This document shows positions 56,183-64,000 of a stretch of DNA of 64,000 bases, piece after piece; position 1 is the stretch's first letter; each line of letters starts with the position of its first letter. A program made the translations under genes and the position numbers. The DNA lies in assembly GCF_009914755.1 (NCBI RefSeq), contig NC_060941.1, one strand, 5' to 3'. The DNA comes from the human T2T-CHM13v2.0 reference genome, Homo sapiens. The notes under the pieces are model-generated. The model did not search any database. It was not told where the DNA came from and was given only the letters and a program-made list of their open reading frames with translations.

Positions 56183-57789
56183 AAAAAAATTGCACAGAAC
56201 TGGCTACTGGTCATATCGGGAAGACAGGTATCTGGCCCTAGGAAAGCCCAGGAGATAGCCAAAACGCATAGAGAACTGACAAAGTGTGGTAATGCTAAGT
56301 AGCTAGAACAACGGTAAGGTTAACTTTTTCTGGGAGTTGGATAGAAGGAATAGAGACAATCAGCCACTGTGTATTAAGACAAAGACGGAACAGGCACACT
56401 AAAAGCAATTGAGATAGCATAAAGAGAGATCATCCAAACCGAGAAGAGATGGAGAGTTGGTTTTGTAGTTCTGACCCACGTGTATCTTTAAAATAAACTC
56501 TATTTTTTAAGTAGTATAATTATGTTGTCAATCTTGCCTAACAGAGTTAAAAATAAATACATGAAGAATAGGGATCACACAAGTTTGATGAGTCCCATGA
56601 ATGGAGGCAACTTCAGTTGCGTGTTGTGTGCAACTTAATTCTCCATGTGCATTTGCCTCTTATGAGAACTTGGACCATCTTTCATCACCTCTGCAGCAAT
56701 CTGCTGCAGCTTTTAGGCAATATGTTAAACTTAACACACCTGACCTGAGTTTTGAATCCACAGCAACAGTAGGGCAGCACCTCCTTAAAAGAATTGCTTC
56801 ATGTTTGGAGAGAAATTAGCAAAGCTATGGGTACTTATCTGCATAAGTACCCATTAGATTTTTTCACAGAAACAAAAAGTATTTGGAAAACAGCACCGTG
56901 GAAAAACCAATTATTCTTTCAACACTACACATATTTGGATTGCTATGAGCTAGAATATGATGTGGGTGTACAGAATGGACTGCACCAACTCCCCTAGCAA
57001 AGCTAATATAGGGACCTGGGACATTTGATTTTTGCTTGCAAAGTGATACATCTGTAGTACTCCAAAGAGAGTCAAAAAAATGTAGAGGCTCTCAGATTTC
57101 TTTCTTTGTGCATTTCTCCTTCCTGTTGAATGTTGGGAGGAGTTGACCAGCCTCCAGGGATTAAGACATTCAAAGTGGTCAGTAATTTCCATAATAGGAT
57201 TCAGTGATCAGATTCAAAAGCAAAGAACAACTAATAGGAAAGGATAAGAAGGATGAATGGCTGTTATAGAGTAGGCTCTGTAAGTTGAGAAATAGAGCAT
57301 TCTTGAAGAGAGCATTTCATTAGCCCTCAAGACATATACAAATACTAGATATTATGTGAAGGTGAGGAAGTCTTGATGTCTTCTTGTCTTATGGAAGAAT
57401 TTTTATTCTAATAATGGGTTACAAGATTGAAAGAAGAACAAAGACATTTTGAATGGGACAAAAATTGAAATTAAAAAATCAGCATTCATCTGTTGGAACA
57501 AAGTTTTGAGAGCAAATGGAGCTCTCAGAATAGGCAGAAAGAAAGAAGCTAGGCCAGATTAATTGCGGAGCTTGGCTTTTATTGAATCAGTGATGTCTAG
57601 AGCCATGTTTACAATATTTTTCTGAAAAATTTATTAGCTTACTTCTTTCATGGCAGAAATACTAAATAAGGGGTTTAGGTTAAAAATCTCTCTCAATCTA
57701 TCTCACAATTCTTGCTTGTTCTCTTGACCATACGCTTGCATGCATTTTTTATGTTTTAGGTAGTGATATAATGCTTGAATGTAAATAAT

Positions 57790-57945
57790 GTACAGGATAA
57801 AATAGGCTATGGAGTCAGACAGATCCAGTTTCAACTCTCCATTTGTTGCTTACTAAGCTTTGTGATCTCAAACTTTTGAGCCTCATGTTCTTCATCTGTA
57901 AAAAGAGAGATATAAAGCATACCTGGGGAGAATTAAAATAATATG
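57790..57945 (+). mobile_element. MIR
   Basis: ggctatggagtcagacagatcc...gagcctcatgttcttcatctgtaaaa. Confidence 0.8.
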
Positions 57946-58351
57946 AATACACACATACACATATATTCATGCATACAGCTATGTACATATACACATATAT
58001 ATACATGCACAAATGTTTCTGTGTATGCACAGGTGTGTGTATATCATAATGCATGATTTCAGTAAATGGTAACTAAAAGCTGGCTGGGTTTTCTCTGCAT
58101 TGGAGAAAGCAGTTGCCCTTCTTTACTTAGACCAGCATTGACTATAATCCAAAGTAATAGGGAGCTGCAAGCCTCGATACATCCATATCTTCTCTGTTTC
58201 CTATTATTATAGAGGGTAATTATGCACCACTGCTTGGAAATTTATTAAAATTGTCTTTTTGAAGTTTGGGAAGAAATTAGGTCAAAATCAATTTATCATA
58301 TAGCATAAAATACTTGTCTGTATTGAAAAGAGGTTATTTTTTAAGCAATGA

Positions 58352-59614
58352 GAAAAGAACTCCCTATTCAATAAATGTTGCTGGGACAGCTGGTAGCTGT
58401 ATGCAGAAGAATAACTGGACCCATACCCTTTACCATATACAAAAATTAACTCAAAACGAACGAAAGATTTAAATGTAAGATCTCAAACGATAAGAATCTT
58501 AGAAGAATACCTAGGAAACCCCATTCTGGATATCTGTCTTGGAAAAAAATTTATGACTAAGTCCCCAAAAGCAATGGCAACAAAAACAAAAATTGACAAG
58601 TGGGACCTAATGAAACTAAAGATCTTCTGCACAGCAAAAGAAACTAGCCAAAGAGTGAACAGACAACCTACAGAATGGGAGAATATATTCACAAACTACA
58701 CATCCAATAAAGATCTAATATCCAGAATTTGTAAGAAGCATAAACAATTGAAGAAGCAAAAAGAAAATAACTCCATTAAAAAGTGGGCAAAAGACATGAA
58801 CAGACACTTCTCAAAAGAAGACATACAAATGGCCAAAAAACATATGAAAAATGCTGAACATCATTAATGATCAGAAGAATGCAAATCAAAACCACAATGA
58901 GATGTTATCTTACACCAGTCAGAATGGCTATTACTAAAAAGTCAAAAAACAACAGATGTTGGCAAGGTATGGAGAAAAAGGAATGCTTATACATGGTTGG
59001 TGGGAATGTGAACTAGTTCAGCCACTGTGGAAAGCATTTTGGAGATTTCTCAAAGAACTTAAAACAGAACTACCATTTGACCCAGTAACACCCATTATTG
59101 GGCATATATCCAAAAGAAAAGAAATTGTTCTACCAAAAAGACACATGTATTTGAATATTTGTCACAGCACTATTTACAATAGCAAAAATGTGGAATCAAC
59201 CTAAGCTCCCATCAATAGTTAATTTGATAAAAAAAAAAGCGGTACATATACATCATGTAAAACTACAAGCCATAAAAAAGAACGAAATCATTTCCTTTGC
59301 AGTAACATGGATGCAGCTGGAGATCATTATCTTAAGCAAATTAATGCAGGAATGGAAAATCAAATACTGTATGTTCTCACTTATAAGTGGGAGCTAAACG
59401 TAGGATACTCATGGACATAAAGATGGTAACAGTAGACACTGAGAACCACTCAAAGAGAGAAGGAAGGGAGCAAGGGTTGAAAAACTACTTATTGGATACT
59501 ATGCTCAGTACCTGGGTGAGGGATCATTTGTATCCTAAACTGCAGAATCACACAATATATTCATATAACAAACCTGCATATGTACCCCTGAATCTAAAAG
59601 TTGAAATTATTTTT
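58352..59614 (+). mobile_element. L1PB/L1MA1-like ORF2 3' part and 3' UTR
   Basis: ORF 58553-58867 [29 protein letters not shown]. Confidence 0.93.
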
Positions 59615-59839
<225 letters not shown>

Positions 59840-60849
59840 TTATTATTACTTCAAATTCTTATTTTTATTGAGCCTGTCTACAATCCAATCAGTATTTCAG
59901 AAACATGTTCAGTATAGAGAGTTGCAGCTCTGTGACTGTCTTTCAAAAGTTCAGAAGGAATAGAGTTTTCTTGCCAGTGATGCAACCTCAAATTTCACCC
60001 AATATGATAACTAGCCAAGCATGTTCTTTGTGATGATCTTTCCAATCGTGCAGTGTAAAATGAATCATCCTATTCCCAATAGAATCCAACTAAGTCTTGC
60101 ATAGGGTTTATCTATTTGAACAGATAAGTCATTTTGTGAATATGATGTAGGGATTCCTCCTAAGTGAAAAGTGGTGACTCCTGATAACATGGCTTAGGAA
60201 ATTAAACCTAATTTATATTATTTTCTTTTTAAGAGACCTGCTAAAAAGCAGACACAGAGTAGAGATGCATATTAGTGTCTATTAACTTTGGGGATTTGCA
60301 GAGGAATAGTAAAGTATTGCTTTGGGTATCTTTTAAAACTTTAAAAGAGTTTAATTTTTGTCTGTATTGCCAAATCAGATTAGAAAGAGCTAAGTTCCAT
60401 TAGATAATTGGCATGTGAGGTATGAAAATGAATTGTCCCTAGAATAAAAAGATTTTTTTTTGAGAATGGGGGTAGGGGTGAGAAGGTAAGTAACAAATAG
60501 TGCACATGAGGTGAAGCAGAGGAGAAAACCTAGATGGCGGTGGTGTTTTCCATAGAAGAAATGCATCAGCATTGTAAGGCAATCTTATATATGTTAAAAA
60601 TAAAAATAAAAATAGAGAAGTATACATAAATAATAAAAAATTTAAAGTTTTATTCCAAATCAGCTTCAGATTTAAAATGCGTTTGTGTGTGTACTTATAC
60701 AAAAATAAAACATTTGAAAAAAGTAAAAAAGGGATGTTAATAGTATTACCCCATAGACTTGTTATGAAATTAAATGGAATACTATACATAATGTACTTAG
60801 CAAATAAATGCATGCTAGCATTACTTCATTATTTACAGTATTTCAAAAT

Positions 60850-61990
60850 TAAAGTACCCTCCTGTGCCCCATTTCTCGTTCCCTCTCCAGAAGCAACAGC
60901 TGTGGTGAATTTGATGTACAACCTTACTGTCTACATGGAAAATACTAACATTTTGGTGCCTTTATTCAGGTCTGCATGGGTGCATGTACCCACACATGTT
61001 GTGCTTTAACTTTTACATAAGTAAGAAAATATTCATGTCTTCTTAGCTTGTTTTTTTCACTCAATTTAGTGTTTTGTTTTGTTTTGACAGAGTCTGACTC
61101 TGTTGCCCAGGCTGGAGTGCATTGACACAATCATGGCTCACTGCAGCCTTGACCTCCTTGGCTCAAGTGACCCTCCCACTTCAGTTTCCCAGTATCTGGG
61201 ACTACAGGCACATGACATCACACCCGGCTAATTTTTAAATTTTTCATAGAGATGGGGTTTCACCATGTTGCCTAGGATGTCAATTTAGTTCTTAAAAATG
61301 ATCCATCCTGACACATACGGCTCTAGCTCGTTTCTTTTGAGTGTTATTCATTACTCTGTCACATAAAAATCCCATATTTCATTTACCTTCTTCCTTTTAA
61401 TGAACTTTTAGGTCATTTCTGACTTAGGGCAATTGCAGTCAGAGCTATCATGAATATCCTCATGCATGCATCGTTTTGACATGGCTCAGAGTTTCGTTTT
61501 TTGTTGGTTTTAAATAAATTACATACTTAGAAATGGACTTTCTGGGTTATAAGACATGCACATTTTTAGTTTTGCTAGTTATTACCACATACCTTCCAGC
61601 AAGTGTTCTAAAATATCCTTAAGAGTTTTATGAAAATTCCTGTTTACCTATCTCTCTGATCACAAGTGGTAATAGCATACTTCCTAATTTTTAGTTTCAC
61701 AAATGGCATTTTACTTTAATTTGACTTGTATTTCCCCAATTACCAATGAAACTGAACATCTTTTCCCATTCTTTAAATATTTGGATTTAGTTTTTGAAAA
61801 GCTTTTTCAAATATTTTGCTTAATTTTTCTCCTGAGTTATTTGCCATTTTTCTCATTGACTTGTTGGTCTTTATACTGAATAGTAATCTCTTGTTGCTTG
61901 TATATTATGGTTTAACTTTGCTTATGATATCTGTGGTTATACAACTTTTTTAACTTTGAAATAGTCACGTTTATTATTTTCTTATTTTAT
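60850..61990 (-). mobile_element. L1ME 3' fragments
   Basis: ctccagaagcaacagctg, atacttagaaatggactttctgggtt, ttaatttgacttgtatttcccc. Confidence 0.65.
61070..61278 (-). mobile_element. Partial AluJ
   Basis: Antisense right arm plus part of left arm. Confidence 0.92.
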
Positions 61991-63380
61991 GCCTTAAGCT
62001 TTATTTTATCCTTTTGCTTGCAATTGTGTTTTGGTATGTTTTTATGTACTTCAATGGTTCTCAATATTTAGCACGCATTAACAATAATACGAAGAGCTTG
62101 TTAAAATTACTGAACCTCTGGCCACTTTTTCTTGAAGATTCAGGAGTTCCAAGGTGCGCAAGAGCATAGAAAGTCATACAAGGTGATCTGCAAACACACT
62201 TTGGGAATTACTGCAGTGCACCATATTGGAATCACCATTGGCCAGAAGACCAGAGGACTGCCCTTCATTGAATTATTGTCTTTTTAAAAAAAAATCATTA
62301 TTTTGGGCTTCCTTGTCTGAACAAGCTACGAATATGGGAAAATGCTTAGAGACAAATGTACAGATTAACTTTGAGGGAATGTTGTTTATTTTTCAGTCCT
62401 TCCAAGTGTTCCTGAAACAAGGAGATATTTGAAGTCTCTCCAGCCTGATATCCCCAGTGGAAATAAGTCAATGTTGGAACAAGAAGTATGAGCAACCAGA
62501 ATTTAAAAAAATCTTGCTAAGGTATATTTTCATTATTTTATTCATGTCTTTTGGTGAGTTTTTTTAAAAAAAAAATTCCTTCAAACAGCTATTGCGCAAT
62601 GAAAAGTTAAGTAGAGCGTGGAGTATTTAGGACACAGGCTTTTAATAAAAACAATGTAAGGAATTAAAAAAAAAAGTCAAAGAACATTATAAAAACCTGG
62701 AGCATCAGGAAAAATAGTTTTCCTAACTTTAAGGAATTTAAGAGAGATCGGACATAGGCATTTTCCTTGTTCTCAGCCAGATTTATTTCTCATTTGTATT
62801 TATGTGCAATATCAAATGTTTTAATGTTGTGGATTTGTCCTGAATGCCATTAATAAAGTGGCTTCCTGTCTTAGCTAAGGTAAGCTATTCACCCAATTTA
62901 GGAAATAACTGATCCATGTTTTGAGACAAAGCTCTTTTGTTTAAAGAACCTTAGGATTAGAATGACAACCAAGGGACATTTGACCCAAATCCCAGAAAGT
63001 CCTGAGAATGGATTTTCTCTGTTTAGCGCATTGCTGCAGTTGAAAACACTAAAACAGAAGAGAAATGTTCAGGAGAAAAACTCCCATTTACCCAACAGAA
63101 GTAACGGAACTGATATATTCTTTCCACAAAGGCTTTGTTTATACCCCTCTGAGGAATAGATGGATTCTAGTTAGGTGTTTTGGTCAGTTTATTAAGAAGT
63201 TGACTCAGGTCGCAAATCTTTAGGAAGTGTTGAAAGGTGAGTCATTTCAGACATGTCAATCCTGTTGCAACAAACAGCACACATTTGCTTACTTTGAACA
63301 GTTATAGAAAGAAAGACATTAGATGTAAAAAAATTAGATGTGAATTGATTATGAAAATGAAGGTAGAATGAAATGGATGA

Positions 63381-63748
<368 letters not shown>

Positions 63749-64000
63749 TCATCCCATGCTATCTTACACATTCCTACTCTTCCCCTTCCCCTCACACTTC
63801 TATCCATTAGAAGGAATCAATGGGGAGCTTTAGGATTCCACATGAACTCATCGAGTAAATCATACAATTTGCTTGTTGGAGAAAGTGTACCTTAAACTCT
63901 AAAATGAATGTGACCTTTATACTGAGAATGGTAAAAATATTCTAAAAATGAACAACGTTTAAAGCTACATTATCTATTTTTGCTGTACTCCAAGTTGATA

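Overview
Primate (very probably human) AT-rich, CpG-poor non-coding DNA, intergenic or deep intronic. I can support no protein-coding gene, RNA gene or CpG-island promoter. The recognisable ORFs in the track are Alu, L1, MaLR or microsatellite read-throughs. Roughly half the window is interspersed repeat: 12 Alus, L1PA/L1PB/L1MA/L1MC/L1ME pieces, long L2 relics, four THE1-type solo LTRs, MLT1/MST, a MER50 LTR, Tigger3, MER5, MER33, MER81, MER91, MIR and CR1/L3 fossils. Subfamily calls come from recalled consensus similarity, not an alignment. The signal these annotations do not explain is a high density of local copy-paste duplications. At least eight 100-520 bp segments have a second copy 0.5-3 kb away (five direct, three inverted). 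Several cross repeat/flank junctions and are pasted into other repeats, at different divergence levels (about 70-95% identity, by eye). Two duplications plausibly created regulatory architecture: a perfect 57-bp tandem duplication that adds an AP-1 site (24588-24701), and an inverted pair carrying divergently oriented CTCF-like motifs (37106 and 38118). Templated local duplication is a known class of event. Whether this locus is a real recurrent hotspot needs a genome-wide background comparison. I found no evidence for a novel coding system.
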